A stretch of DNA of 64,000 bases. It comes from Terriglobia bacterium. GTDB taxonomy: Bacteria; Acidobacteriota; Polarisedimenticolia; Polarisedimenticolales; JAIQFR01. Below the pieces are notes generated by a model that saw only the letters and a program-made list of their open reading frames with translations, was not told where the DNA came from and ran no database searches. The translations under genes were made by a program, and so were the position numbers. This document shows positions 29,860 through 38,990 of this stretch, one piece after another; position 1 is the first letter of the stretch, and the number at the start of each line of letters is the position of its first letter. The stretch spans positions 256,001-320,000 of the forward strand of contig CAVVHE010000005.1 of assembly GCA_963748015.1 (NCBI GenBank). Reading direction: 5' to 3'.

Positions 29860-31187
29860 CCCCGCTCCTTCTCGTGGGCGAGGGTGACGACGGTCCTGTT
29901 CTCTGCGGCGAAGCATCGGGCGGCGGCGGCGCGGACGCTCTCCGGCGTGACGTTCTCGAAGGCCGCGTAGGTCTTCTCGATGGATGCGACCTCGCCGGTG
30001 AGCTGGAAGAAGAACGCCACGGTCTCCGCGACCCGGCCGGGAGTGTCCAGGCCGCCGAGGAACGAGTAGCGGATGTTCGACTTCACCGCCGCGATCCGCT
30101 CTGGAGGCAGCAACTCGCTCGCGAGGCGCGCCAGGGTGCCCTCGATCTCGCCGCGGACCGCGTCCATCCTCGAGGGGTCCTTCACCCGCGCGATCACCTC
30201 GAACAGGTACGGGTCGCGGTGCTCCTCCTGGCCCGCCCGCAGCACCTCCACCCACTGCTTGTCGAGGACGAGGTCCTGGTAGAGCGGGCTTGTTTCCGAG
30301 AACGCCGCCGCGGCCAGCACGTCGAGCGACCGGCCCTCGACGGAATCCGGCACGAACGCGGGGACGTGCCAGGAGAGGACGAGGTACGGAAGCGTGGGGT
30401 TCTTCCATGCGATGTGGGCCTTCCGCTCACCCGCCTGCGGCCCCTCCGGCGGCGCGTCGAGCACCGCCGCCCCCTTCCTCCAGGGAGCGTAGTGCTTCTC
30501 GGCCAGGCCGAGGACTCTGCCGGGCTCGGCGTCCCCCGCGATCACCAGCACGCAGTTGTCCGGCCGGTACCACCTCTCGAAGAACTCGAGACTGTACGCG
30601 TACCGGTTGGGCATGTCCTCGATGTCCCGGAGGAAGCCCATCGTGGTGTGCTTGTAGGTGTGGCGGTCGAACGCGGTGTCGCGCAGCTTCTCGTGCAGCG
30701 ACACGAACGGCATCGAGATGCTCTTGTTGTACTCGCCGAGCACCGCGCCCGTCTCCTTCTGGAACGCCTCGACGGTGTACCGCAGGTTCATGAACCGGTC
30801 CGCCTCGAGGTCCATGACCGTCTCGAGCGCCGCCGACGCCGCGGTGACGTGGTAGCAGGTCCAGTCGTCGGTGGTGAAACCGTTCGAGTCGGCGCCGAGG
30901 CGCTTCAGCACGTCGTTGTACCGCTCCGCGGGGAAGCGGTCCGTTCCGCGGAACATCATGTGCTCGAAGAGGTGGGCGAACCCGGAGAGGCCCGGCTCCA
31001 CCTCGTTCCGGGAGCCGGCCCGCACCACCATGTAGTGCGCCGCGATCCCGGGGCTGTCCATGGGGACCACCACGACCTCGAGCCCGTTGCCGAGCGCCGA
31101 TCGGGTGATGGCGAAGGGGAAGGCCGCGCGCGGCGCTTCTCCGCCGAGGGAGCGCCCGCTCGCGCCGGGCGAGCCGCGGATGGCCAT
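29856..31187 (-). CDS. M16 family zinc peptidase, catalytic subunit
   Basis: GSRNE...GFAHLFEHMMFRGT (HxxEH), NGFTT, YRPDN. Confidence 0.92.
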   Translation of the reverse strand: MAIRGSPGASGRSLGGEAPRAAFPFAITRSALGNGLEVVVVPMDSPGIAAHYMVVRAGSRNEVEPGLSGFAHLFEHMMFRGTDRFPAERYNDVLKRLGADSNGFTTDDWTCYHVTAASAALETVMDLEADRFMNLRYTVEAFQKETGAVLGEYNKSISMPFVSLHEKLRDTAFDRHTYKHTTMGFLRDIEDMPNRYAYSLEFFERWYRPDNCVLVIAGDAEPGRVLGLAEKHYAPWRKGAAVLDAPPEGPQAGERKAHIAWKNPTLPYLVLSWHVPAFVPDSVEGRSLDVLAAAAFSETSPLYQDLVLDKQWVEVLRAGQEEHRDPYLFEVIARVKDPSRMDAVRGEIEGTLARLASELLPPERIAAVKSNIRYSFLGGLDTPGRVAETVAFFFQLTGEVASIEKTYAAFENVTPESVRAAAARCFAAENRTVVTLAHEKERG

Positions 31188-31212
31188 GAAGACGATCTCC
31201 GGCGCGGCCGCG

Positions 31213-31728
31213 TCAGTGCTTGCGCGGGCCGAGGACCATGCTCATGTCCCGGTTGATGATCTCGCCGGGAAACGACTCGACCAGCGCGGCGTCGGCGAGC
31301 ATCTCCATCACCTTGTCCAGGACCTTCCGGCCGTTCTCGGGACGCCTCAGGTCGCGGCCGCGGAACATGATGGTGACCTTGACCTTGTCCCCGTCGACGA
31401 GGAAGCGGCGGGCGTGGGTGAGCTTCGTCTCCAGATCGTGGTCGTCGATGTTCGGGCGAAGCTTGATCTGCTTGACCGTGATCCGGCTTTCCTTCTTCCG
31501 CGCCTCTCGGGTCTTCTTCGCGGTCTCGAAGCGGTGCTTGCCCCAGTCCATGATCCTCACGACGATGGGGCGCGCGTCGGGAGCCACCTCGACGAGATCG
31601 AGGCCGGCTTCTTCCGCTAACCGGCGGGCTTCTTCGAGGGGAACGACGCCGACCTGCTGACCTTCGGCGTCGACGAGTCGGACGGGACTCAGGCGGATCT
31701 GGTTGTTGACGCGGACTTTCTCGTCGAT
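31213..31728 (-). CDS. infC: Translation initiation factor IF-3, probable AUC start
   Basis: VNNQIR...LDLVEVAP...IMDWGK...KQIKLRPNIDDHD...KVKVTIMFRGR. AGGAGGT sits 5 nt before an in-frame ATC. Confidence 0.93.
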   Translation of the reverse strand: MDEKVRVNNQIRLSPVRLVDAEGQQVGVVPLEEARRLAEEAGLDLVEVAPDARPIVVRIMDWGKHRFETAKKTREARKKESRITVKQIKLRPNIDDHDLETKLTHARRFLVDGDKVKVTIMFRGRDLRRPENGRKVLDKVMEMLADAALVESFPGEIINRDMSMVLGPRKH

Positions 31729-31780
31729 TCGACACCTCCTGCCGTGAAAGGGCCGCCGCGGGGCACCCCCTGGCGGCAAG

Positions 31781-31809
31781 AATATACCATCGGGCGGAGA
31801 CCGGGCCAA
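31781..31809 (-). promoter_or_regulatory. sigma70-type promoter of infC
   Basis: TTGGCC-N17-TATATT on the minus strand. Confidence 0.55.
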
Positions 31810-31903
31810 GCGGCCGGATTCTAGGGCCCGCAATCCCTTCGCAGGGAACGAGATGGGACGGAAGCGGCGGCCGGCCCGGGACGTCCGCCGTTGCGCTCGC
31901 GCG

Positions 31904-32308
31904 CTACCGCGACGCGCGGGACGAGGCCGTGCCCCGCCGGCGGCCGGGCCCCCTGCGCCCGACGTGCTCGGCGGTGACGACCGTGTGGATGCCGCCGCGA
32001 ACGAGGAAGTCCCCGACGACCCGCATCGTTCGCGGGCTCACGGCGCGGACCAGGTCGTCGAGGATCCTGTTGGTCACCGCCTCGTGGAAGTGCCCCTCGT
32101 TCCGAAAGGACCAAAGGTACAGCTTCAGCGACTTCAGCTCGACGCACTTTCGGTCCGGCACGTAGTCGATCCTGATCGTCGCGAAATCCGGCTGCCCCGT
32201 CCTCGGGCAGAGGCAGGTGAACTCGGGGCAAGTGAACTCGATCGAGTAGTCGCGCCCCGGCTGCGGGTTGGGGAACGTCTCGAGACGATCGGACGGTTTC
32301 TCGGGCAC
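31904..32308 (-). CDS. queF: PreQ0 reductase (7-cyano-7-deazaguanine reductase)
   Basis: [42 protein letters not shown] start after GGAGG. Confidence 0.93.
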   Translation of the reverse strand: MPEKPSDRLETFPNPQPGRDYSIEFTCPEFTCLCPRTGQPDFATIRIDYVPDRKCVELKSLKLYLWSFRNEGHFHEAVTNRILDDLVRAVSPRTMRVVGDFLVRGGIHTVVTAEHVGRRGPGRRRGTASSRASR

Positions 32309-32383
32309 CTTCGGTCCTCCCTGCCTGGTCCGCAGAGGGTAGCCCACCTCGCAGGTCGAAGCCAGCCGACCATTACCAGACGA

Positions 32384-32451
32384 GTCCCGAGGCAGGAGGG
32401 TCCTCAGACAGCCCTTTTTCGGGCTGACTGAGGACCCTCCTGCCTCGGGAC
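32384..32451 (+). repeat. REP-like long hairpin, copy C
   Basis: GTCCCGAGGCAGGAGGGTCCTCAG...CTGAGGACCCTCCTGCCTCGGGAC around the core AGACAGCCC-TTTTTC-GGGCTG. Confidence 0.85.
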
Positions 32452-32497
32452 GAAGCCGGCAGCGGACCTCATGCCCGCATACTAGAATTGGGGGCTC

Positions 32498-33754
32498 ATG
32501 ACGATCCCTCTGCCAGGGCGCATCCTCCCGCTCGCTCCGGGCACCTTCCGCGCTCTCCGCCACCGCAACTTCGCCCTGTTCTGGACCGGTCAGCTGGTCT
32601 CGCTGACCGGAACCTGGATGCAGTCCGTGGCCCAGGGCTGGCTGGTGCTGCGGCTGTCCAACTCGGCGTTCCAGCTCGGCGTCGTCGGGTTCTGCGCCTT
32701 CTCGCCGGTACTGCTGTTCACGCTGGTGGGCGGAGTCGCCGCGGACCGCGTCCCGCGCAAGGCGGCGCTGCTGTGCACCCAGACCCTGGCGATGCTCCAG
32801 GCGGCGCTGCTGACGGCGCTGTCCGCGACGGGCTCGGTGCAGGTCTGGCACGTGGCGGTGCTCGCCTTCCTGCTCGGGACGATCAACGCGTTCGACGTGC
32901 CGATTCGCCAGTCGTTCCTGTTCGACCTGGTCGGCCGGGAGGACCTTTCGAACGCGATCGCGCTGAACTCGATCGCCTTCAACGGCGCCCGCCTTATCGG
33001 CCCCGCGATCGCCGGCCTCGTCCTCGCGTACCTCGGCGAGACCGCATGCTTCCTGGTCAACGCGGCCTCCTTCCTCGCGGTCCTGGCCGGCCTTGCCCTG
33101 ATCCGGGTAGGGACGGCGGCGCGTCCGCCTGACGAGAGCTCGTGGCTCGGCGGGATCCGCGAGGGAATCCTGTACGCGTCGCGGACCCCCGGCGTGAGGA
33201 CGATTCTCGTCCTGGTCGCCGTGTCGAGCGTCTTCGGGATGCCGTATTCCATCCTGATGCCCGCGATCGCTCGGGACGTGCTCGGCGGCAATCAGCGAAC
33301 GCTGGGATTCCTGATGGGAGCTGCGGGCGCGGGAGCCGTTCTCGGCGCGCTGGCGATCGCCGGGCGCAGGTCCGCGGGCAGGTCCGGCATCGTCGTGGCG
33401 GTCTCGATGACCGCGTTCGGCGCGAGCCTCATCGCCTTCTCGCTCTCCCGGAGTTTCTGGCTCTCGGCGGCGATCCTGCACGTGATCGGCGCCGCGATGA
33501 TCGTCCAGATGGCGACGAGCAACGCCTTCCTGCAGCTCCTCGCCCCGCCCGCCCTCCGCGGGCGCGTCGTGAGCCTCTACACGCTCATGTTCCTCGGAAT
33601 GGCCCCGTTCGGCTCCCTCCTCTCCGGCATCCTCGCGAGGCTGTGGGGCACCCCCGTCGCCGTCGGCCTAGGCGGCGCCGTCTGCCTCGCCGCCGCCCTT
33701 GCCTTCGCTTACCGCACCCCCGGCCGCACCGTCGCGCCGACCGGTTCTTCCTGA
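32498..33754 (+). CDS. MFS transporter (MFS_3-like)
   Basis: [51 protein letters not shown]. Confidence 0.9.
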   Translation: MTIPLPGRILPLAPGTFRALRHRNFALFWTGQLVSLTGTWMQSVAQGWLVLRLSNSAFQLGVVGFCAFSPVLLFTLVGGVAADRVPRKAALLCTQTLAMLQAALLTALSATGSVQVWHVAVLAFLLGTINAFDVPIRQSFLFDLVGREDLSNAIALNSIAFNGARLIGPAIAGLVLAYLGETACFLVNAASFLAVLAGLALIRVGTAARPPDESSWLGGIREGILYASRTPGVRTILVLVAVSSVFGMPYSILMPAIARDVLGGNQRTLGFLMGAAGAGAVLGALAIAGRRSAGRSGIVVAVSMTAFGASLIAFSLSRSFWLSAAILHVIGAAMIVQMATSNAFLQLLAPPALRGRVVSLYTLMFLGMAPFGSLLSGILARLWGTPVAVGLGGAVCLAAALAFAYRTPGRTVAPTGSS

Positions 33755-33921
33755 CGCTCCATCCGCCCTCCCATCAGGACACCGGTCCTCGGAAGCGAAC
33801 ACATCTCCGCCGGGATGGGCTCGGGTTGCGGGCGCGCGCCGCTCCTAGGTCGCCTGGCGCGGATTTCGCATTAGAATACGTGTCAAGCCCGCATCCGGGG
33901 GCGCGCGGGATCGGAGGCGTC

Positions 33922-34524
33922 ATGAAAAGGCTACGGCTCGTTCCCCTCGTGCTCGGCGCGGCGGTCCTGGCGCTCGGCGCCGCCGGCCCGACCACCAGCG
34001 AGGACTACGCGTACTCCACCTACCGCGAGCTGGGCGACCGTCTCACGGTCCTCGTGGACGGCTACCCGGCGGCGCTGCACGACGATGATGCCTACATTCC
34101 CCTCTCCGTCGCGGTCGGGCTCGGCGGTCCCGGGAGGAGCGTCGTCGTGACCCCCGAGTCGTTCACGCTGCTCGATCGGGACGGGACGGCACATGCCCCG
34201 GCCTCGTACCGGGAGATCGCGAGCAACTACCCCAAGCGACTGTTCGACGCGATGCTGTTGCGGTCGTACCCGATCGTGGTGGGGAACCAGTTCAGCACGA
34301 GCCTCAGATTGGCGGCGGACTTCTACCCGACCATGGTCCAGGGGGGAGTTCGAATCGACCGGGTGGAGCTCGGGCCGTTCACGTGGTTCCACACGGTGCT
34401 GTACTTCCCGCGACCCCAGGCCGGCCTCGAAGGCGTACTGACGCTCAGGATGAGCGGGGGCGAAGAGGCGCCGGTCGACGTCCGCTTCAGGATCCCGCGC
34501 GTCGTGGGGCGCCGGGAGAGCTGA
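33922..34524 (+). CDS. Secreted hypothetical protein
   Basis: GGAGG RBS, signal peptide MKRLRLVPLVLGAAVLALGAA and an upstream TAGAAT. Confidence 0.75.
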   Translation: MKRLRLVPLVLGAAVLALGAAGPTTSEDYAYSTYRELGDRLTVLVDGYPAALHDDDAYIPLSVAVGLGGPGRSVVVTPESFTLLDRDGTAHAPASYREIASNYPKRLFDAMLLRSYPIVVGNQFSTSLRLAADFYPTMVQGGVRIDRVELGPFTWFHTVLYFPRPQAGLEGVLTLRMSGGEEAPVDVRFRIPRVVGRRES

Positions 34525-34542
34525 GGGCGCGCCGCGGAGCCG

Positions 34543-35688
34543 CTACCGGACGTCCTGGAGCGTGACCTTGATCGTCCGGGAGCGTCCTTCGCGCTTGACG
34601 GTCAGCGTGACCAGGGCCCCGACGCCGGCTCTCTCGAACGCGTAGTCGAGGTCGTCGGTCGACCGGATCGGCTTGCCGTCGAGCGCCGTGATGACGTCCC
34701 CTATAACGTAGCCGCGGCGGCTCCGGCCGATTCCCTCGATTCCCGCCCGGTCGGCCTGGCTGTCCGCGAGGACGGTCAGGACGACGACTCCCTCGATGTC
34801 GAGGCGGCCGGCCTGCGCGTCCGAGAGGTAACGCACTCCCGCGATGCCGGGATTCACGGCCCGGCCCTTCTCGATCAGCTGCGGCACGAGGCGCTTGACC
34901 GTGTCGACCGGTACCGCGAAGCCGATTCCCGCGGACGCGCCGCTCGGGCTGTAGATCGCGGCGTTGACCCCGATCAGCCTCCCGCTCGAGTCGAGCAGCG
35001 GCCCGCCGGAGTTCCCCGGGTTGATCGCGGCGTCGGTCTGGATCACGTCGCGGATGGTCCGGCCGTTCGGCGATTTCAGCTCGCGTCCGAGCGCGCTGAC
35101 GATCCCCGAGGTCATCGAGTGGTCGAGGCCGAACGGGTTGCCGAGAGCGAGGACCTTCTGTCCCACGAGCAGGTCGTGCGAGCGGCCGGGGGCGAGAGGA
35201 ACGAGCCGGTCCGCGGGAGCCTTGATCCGCAAGACCGCGAGGTCCTTCTCGGGGGCGGCGCCGACGACCTCGGCGTCCCATTCCGATTGGTCGGCGAGAG
35301 TCACCGAGAACTTGTCGCCGGCCTCGATCACGTGGAAATTCGTGACGACGCTCCCCTTCTTGTCCCAGACGAAACCGCTCCCCGTGCCCTGCGGAATCTG
35401 CATCACGTCGAACGACCAGAAATCGCGCCGGAGCGCGATGCTCGTGATGAACACCACCGACGCGGAGGCGCGGCGGAACACGTCGATGTCTCGGCGCTCC
35501 TCGGGGCCGAGCCCTTCCGGGAACGGCTCGGCGGGCGACGCCGCCTGTGCCGGGGCGGCCGGAGGAGACTCCTGGGCGCTCGCGCTCACCGCGGGCGCCG
35601 CCGCCCGCTCCGAGAGCAACCCCTTTCCCAGCGCGACGCCGGCAACGGCGACGAGCAGGCAGCCGAAGATCCACGCGCGTCCTCTCAT
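34543..35688 (-). CDS. HtrA/DegP-like trypsin protease with one PDZ domain
   Basis: GSGFVWD, TNFHV, DLAVL, QTDAAINPGNSGGPL, GDVITALDG. Confidence 0.93.
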   Translation of the reverse strand: MRGRAWIFGCLLVAVAGVALGKGLLSERAAAPAVSASAQESPPAAPAQAASPAEPFPEGLGPEERRDIDVFRRASASVVFITSIALRRDFWSFDVMQIPQGTGSGFVWDKKGSVVTNFHVIEAGDKFSVTLADQSEWDAEVVGAAPEKDLAVLRIKAPADRLVPLAPGRSHDLLVGQKVLALGNPFGLDHSMTSGIVSALGRELKSPNGRTIRDVIQTDAAINPGNSGGPLLDSSGRLIGVNAAIYSPSGASAGIGFAVPVDTVKRLVPQLIEKGRAVNPGIAGVRYLSDAQAGRLDIEGVVVLTVLADSQADRAGIEGIGRSRRGYVIGDVITALDGKPIRSTDDLDYAFERAGVGALVTLTVKREGRSRTIKVTLQDVR

Positions 35689-35741
35689 CGGGGATCCCTC
35701 CGGGGGCGATGATTTTAGCAGAGCGGAAGGGAGACGGGGGC

Positions 35742-36026
35742 TCAGCGCGGAAGGTCCGAGACGCTTCGCTGCTGCCGGCGCTGGTCGAACCAGGTCCCGA
35801 CGGCGACCGCGATCAGCATCAGGAAGAAGCAGAGAAAGAACCCCGCGACGAAGCCGCGGCTGAACGCCCGGCCGAGGGCGAGGTACAGCTCGCGGTGGGA
35901 TTCGAAGCGTTGGAAAGGGATTCGGTTGTGGTCGAAGTCGAGAAGGAAGGTCGCGATTGCGAGCACGCAGGCGGCGATCCCCGGAATCGAGAGGATCAGG
36001 GCCATTCGACGGTGGCGGCTGTTCAT
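35742..36026 (-). CDS. Small two-TM membrane protein
   Basis: Two hydrophobic helices and a GGAGGG RBS. Confidence 0.6.
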   Translation of the reverse strand: MNSRHRRMALILSIPGIAACVLAIATFLLDFDHNRIPFQRFESHRELYLALGRAFSRGFVAGFFLCFFLMLIAVAVGTWFDQRRQQRSVSDLPR

Positions 36027-36217
36027 CGGCCCCTCCCCTTCGGTCTTGTCGCGATCGTCCCCTTGAGGAGTATTCGTCGAGGACGGGCTCGCCGCCAGTG
36101 GCAATTTTCGGCGCGGCGTCCGTGCCGCCCAACGACGGAACCGTAACGTTCGCGGCCACCGGCGCGGCAAACTAGAATGTCCGGGCGGAATGGTCCGCCA
36201 CCGAGGGCTCCTCTCCT

Positions 36218-38281
36218 TTGACCACCGAGAATCCGACCGCGTCCTATCGGCGCCGGCCGACGAGGATCGTGCGCATCGGCGACGTCCCTGTCGGCGGGAG
36301 CTACCCGATCCGCGTCCAGTCCATGACGACGCCGGCGACCACCGACACGGCGGCGACGGTCGGGCAGATCCTCCGCCTCGTGGAGGCCGGTTGCGAGATC
36401 GTGCGGGTCACCGTGCCCACCTCGGCGGACGCGGAGAGCCTTCCGGTCATCCGGAGGGAGCTCGCGTCTCGCGGAGTGCGGGTCCCGCTCGTCGCGGACA
36501 TCCACTTCACGCCCGCGGTCGCGCTGATGGCCGTCGAGCACGTGGAGAAGGTCAGGATCAACCCCGGGAACTTCGCCGACAAGAAGCGGTTCGCTCTCCG
36601 CGAGTACACGGACGCCGAGTACGAGGCCGAGATCGGGAGAATTCGCCGGCTCTTCGTTCCGCTCGTGAAGCGGTGCAGGGATCTCGGCGTCGCGATGCGC
36701 ATCGGGACCAACCACGGCTCGCTCTCGGACCGGATCATGAACCGCTACGGCGACACCCCCGACGGGATGGTCGAGTCGGCCCTCGAGTTCGTCCGCATCG
36801 CGCAGGACGAGGGGTACCGCGACCTCGTGCTCTCGATGAAGGCCTCGAACACCGTGGTGGTCCTCGCGGCCTACCGGCTGCTGGTCTCGCGCATGGACAT
36901 CGAGGGAATGGACTACCCCCTTCATCTGGGCGTCACCGAGGCCGGCGACGGCGAGGACGGGCGGATCAAGTCGGCGATCGGGATCGGAGCGCTCCTCGAG
37001 GAAGGCCTGGGCGACACCGTCCGGGTCTCGCTGACGGAGGACCCCGTCGAGGAGATCCCGGTGGCACGCGCCCTCGTCGAGCCGTTCAACGTCCGGCTGC
37101 CGGAATCGGAGGAGAAGCCCGCGACCGGATCCGCCGGCGGCTTCGCCCCGGCCCGTCGCGGCGGCCGCCGCGCCGCCCGGGAGATTGCCGTCGGGCGTCA
37201 CGGCGCGGGCGGGTCGCGCCCGGTACGGGTCGAGGTCCCGCTCGGTTCCTCCCCGCGAGACGAGGACCGCGCCAGGGGGGAGGCGGAGGGCGAGATCGGC
37301 CCGCGAGCGCCCGAGGGGACGCGCGCCGAGGTCCTCTCCTCGACGCTCGCCGGACGGGAGGACGCCGGCCCCTTCGCACGGCTCGCCGAATCGCTCTCCC
37401 GGCTCGACCCGTCGGTGGCGCTGTCGGCCCGGCTCGACCCCCGTCTCGATCCGGGCGTCGCGGCCGAGGTCCTCGAGACCGTCCTGCCGCACGCGAGCCG
37501 CATCCACGCCACCTTGCGCGCACCGCTCGATGCGGGCGCGAGCCTGCTCCTCGGCCGGCTGATCGAGGGCGCGGGACGTTCCGGCAAGCCGCTGCTCCTC
37601 GAGGCCGGCTCGACGGCGGGGAGCGCGGCGGAGGCCGTGGATCTGGCGCTCGCGGCGGCGCGCCGGGGGGCCTCGTCGTCCGTTGCCCTCCTGCTGGCGC
37701 TCGATCCCGCGCTCGGTCCGCCGCTGCTGCCGGTCCGGCTCCTCGCGGCGAGGCTCGAACTGGAACGGCTCGATCCGCCGATCGTGCTCGTCGATCGCCC
37801 TCTCGCGCGGGGCGCCGATCCGCTGCTTGGCCCGTCCGCCTCGCTCGGCGGGCTCCTCTGCGAGGGGATAGGCGACGCGATTCACATCGAAGGGGAGACG
37901 GCCGGCGCTTCCCGTAGGCTGGCGTACGGCATCCTCCAGGCAGCGCGGGTCCGGGTCACGAAGGCCGAGTTCATCTCGTGTCCGTCGTGCGGGCGCACGC
38001 TGTTCGACCTCGAGACCACCACGGCCCGGATCAAGGCGCGGACCTCGCACCTCAAAGGGGTCAAGATCGCCATCATGGGGTGCATCGTGAACGGGCCCGG
38101 CGAGATGGCCGATGCGGACTTCGGTTACGTGGGCTGGGGAGAGCAGAAGATCGCTCTCTTCGTGGGCAAGGACATGGTCGAGAAGGACGTTCCCGCCGCG
38201 GAGGCCGCGGAGCGCCTCGTCGAGCTGATCAAGCTACACGGGAAGTGGATCGACCCTCCGGCCGCTTCCCTCCCCGGATAG
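36218..38281 (+). CDS. ispG: HMBPP synthase, long form with central insert
   Basis: IRVQSMT, ADIHF, RINPGN, RIGTNHGS, HLGVTEAG, SCPSCGRT, MGCIVNGPGEM. Confidence 0.95.
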   Translation: MTTENPTASYRRRPTRIVRIGDVPVGGSYPIRVQSMTTPATTDTAATVGQILRLVEAGCEIVRVTVPTSADAESLPVIRRELASRGVRVPLVADIHFTPAVALMAVEHVEKVRINPGNFADKKRFALREYTDAEYEAEIGRIRRLFVPLVKRCRDLGVAMRIGTNHGSLSDRIMNRYGDTPDGMVESALEFVRIAQDEGYRDLVLSMKASNTVVVLAAYRLLVSRMDIEGMDYPLHLGVTEAGDGEDGRIKSAIGIGALLEEGLGDTVRVSLTEDPVEEIPVARALVEPFNVRLPESEEKPATGSAGGFAPARRGGRRAAREIAVGRHGAGGSRPVRVEVPLGSSPRDEDRARGEAEGEIGPRAPEGTRAEVLSSTLAGREDAGPFARLAESLSRLDPSVALSARLDPRLDPGVAAEVLETVLPHASRIHATLRAPLDAGASLLLGRLIEGAGRSGKPLLLEAGSTAGSAAEAVDLALAAARRGASSSVALLLALDPALGPPLLPVRLLAARLELERLDPPIVLVDRPLARGADPLLGPSASLGGLLCEGIGDAIHIEGETAGASRRLAYGILQAARVRVTKAEFISCPSCGRTLFDLETTTARIKARTSHLKGVKIAIMGCIVNGPGEMADADFGYVGWGEQKIALFVGKDMVEKDVPAAEAAERLVELIKLHGKWIDPPAASLPG

Positions 38282-38287
38282 CCGAGA

Positions 38288-38328
38288 CCGGAAGCTCGCG
38301 GCCCAATCCCGGGGCGGCGAGCTTCCGG
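38288..38328. terminator. Hairpin between convergent ispG and the cohesin-like gene
   Basis: 12-bp arms CCGGAAGCTCGC and GCGAGCTTCCGG. No U-tract. Confidence 0.5.
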
Positions 38329-38352
38329 CCCGCGGTACCGCTAATCCGTCCG

Positions 38353-38958
38353 CTACTGCGGCTGCGTGAGCTTCGCGGCCGCTCCGTCGAATTCCACCGT
38401 GTCGATGAACCCGAGGGTGGAATCCTGGACTTTCGGAGTGTCGAACTTCAGCTCCGTCGTGCCGGGCGCGGTCGGATCCATCTTGAAGACGAGGCTCAGG
38501 ATGGTCCCGCCGCCGGCCCCGACGCCGTTCCCCGTCCCGCCGAGCTTGGACACACCGATCACGATCTTGTCGCCGCTGAAGTTCGTGACCACCGCCTGCT
38601 CGCCGGTCAGGGCGTCGCCCGCCATCCACGTGACGCTGCGGACGATTCCGGGGTTGGACAGCACGACGTTGAACGAGAACGCGAAGACATCCGTGGAGGT
38701 CGTCGGGCCGCCCAGTTTCACGTCCAGCTGGATCAGGCTGCCGGGCGACGTCCCGTTGAACGCCAGGACGACGAGATTCGGCGCGCTCGCCGTGCCGCTG
38801 GCGGTGAACACCGGAGTCTTCGTCGGCTCGATGGTGCCCCCCGACGACGAGCCCCCGCAGTGGGCCAGGAGAGGGAGAGAGACCAACATCAGGATCGAAA
38901 GCATGGGATGCCGCCCTCCGCGCTGGAGGAGTGATCGGGTCGTAGGTTGAATCTTCAT
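38353..38958 (-). CDS. Lipoprotein with a cohesin-like beta-sandwich domain
   Basis: Lipobox LLAH-C then a GGSSSGG linker. IQLDVKL...DVFAFSFNV...GDAL...IVIGVSK...GTILSLVFK...GTTELKF follows the cohesin strand pattern. Confidence 0.7.
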   Translation of the reverse strand: MKIQPTTRSLLQRGGRHPMLSILMLVSLPLLAHCGGSSSGGTIEPTKTPVFTASGTASAPNLVVLAFNGTSPGSLIQLDVKLGGPTTSTDVFAFSFNVVLSNPGIVRSVTWMAGDALTGEQAVVTNFSGDKIVIGVSKLGGTGNGVGAGGGTILSLVFKMDPTAPGTTELKFDTPKVQDSTLGFIDTVEFDGAAAKLTQPQ

Positions 38959-38990
38959 GCTCGTTGCCCTTTTCCGGCCGGCGGGCGGGG

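Noticed and set aside
32330..32355. Possible preQ1 riboswitch upstream of queF (GAGG...GCTACCCTCT on the minus strand)
   Set aside because: Lacks the conserved loop and the A-rich 3' tail. TACCCT is more simply a -10 element.
38966..38985. GCCCTTTTCCGGCCGG resembling the hairpin-family core
   Set aside because: No AGAC and no paired arms. It coincides with the lipoprotein RBS region.
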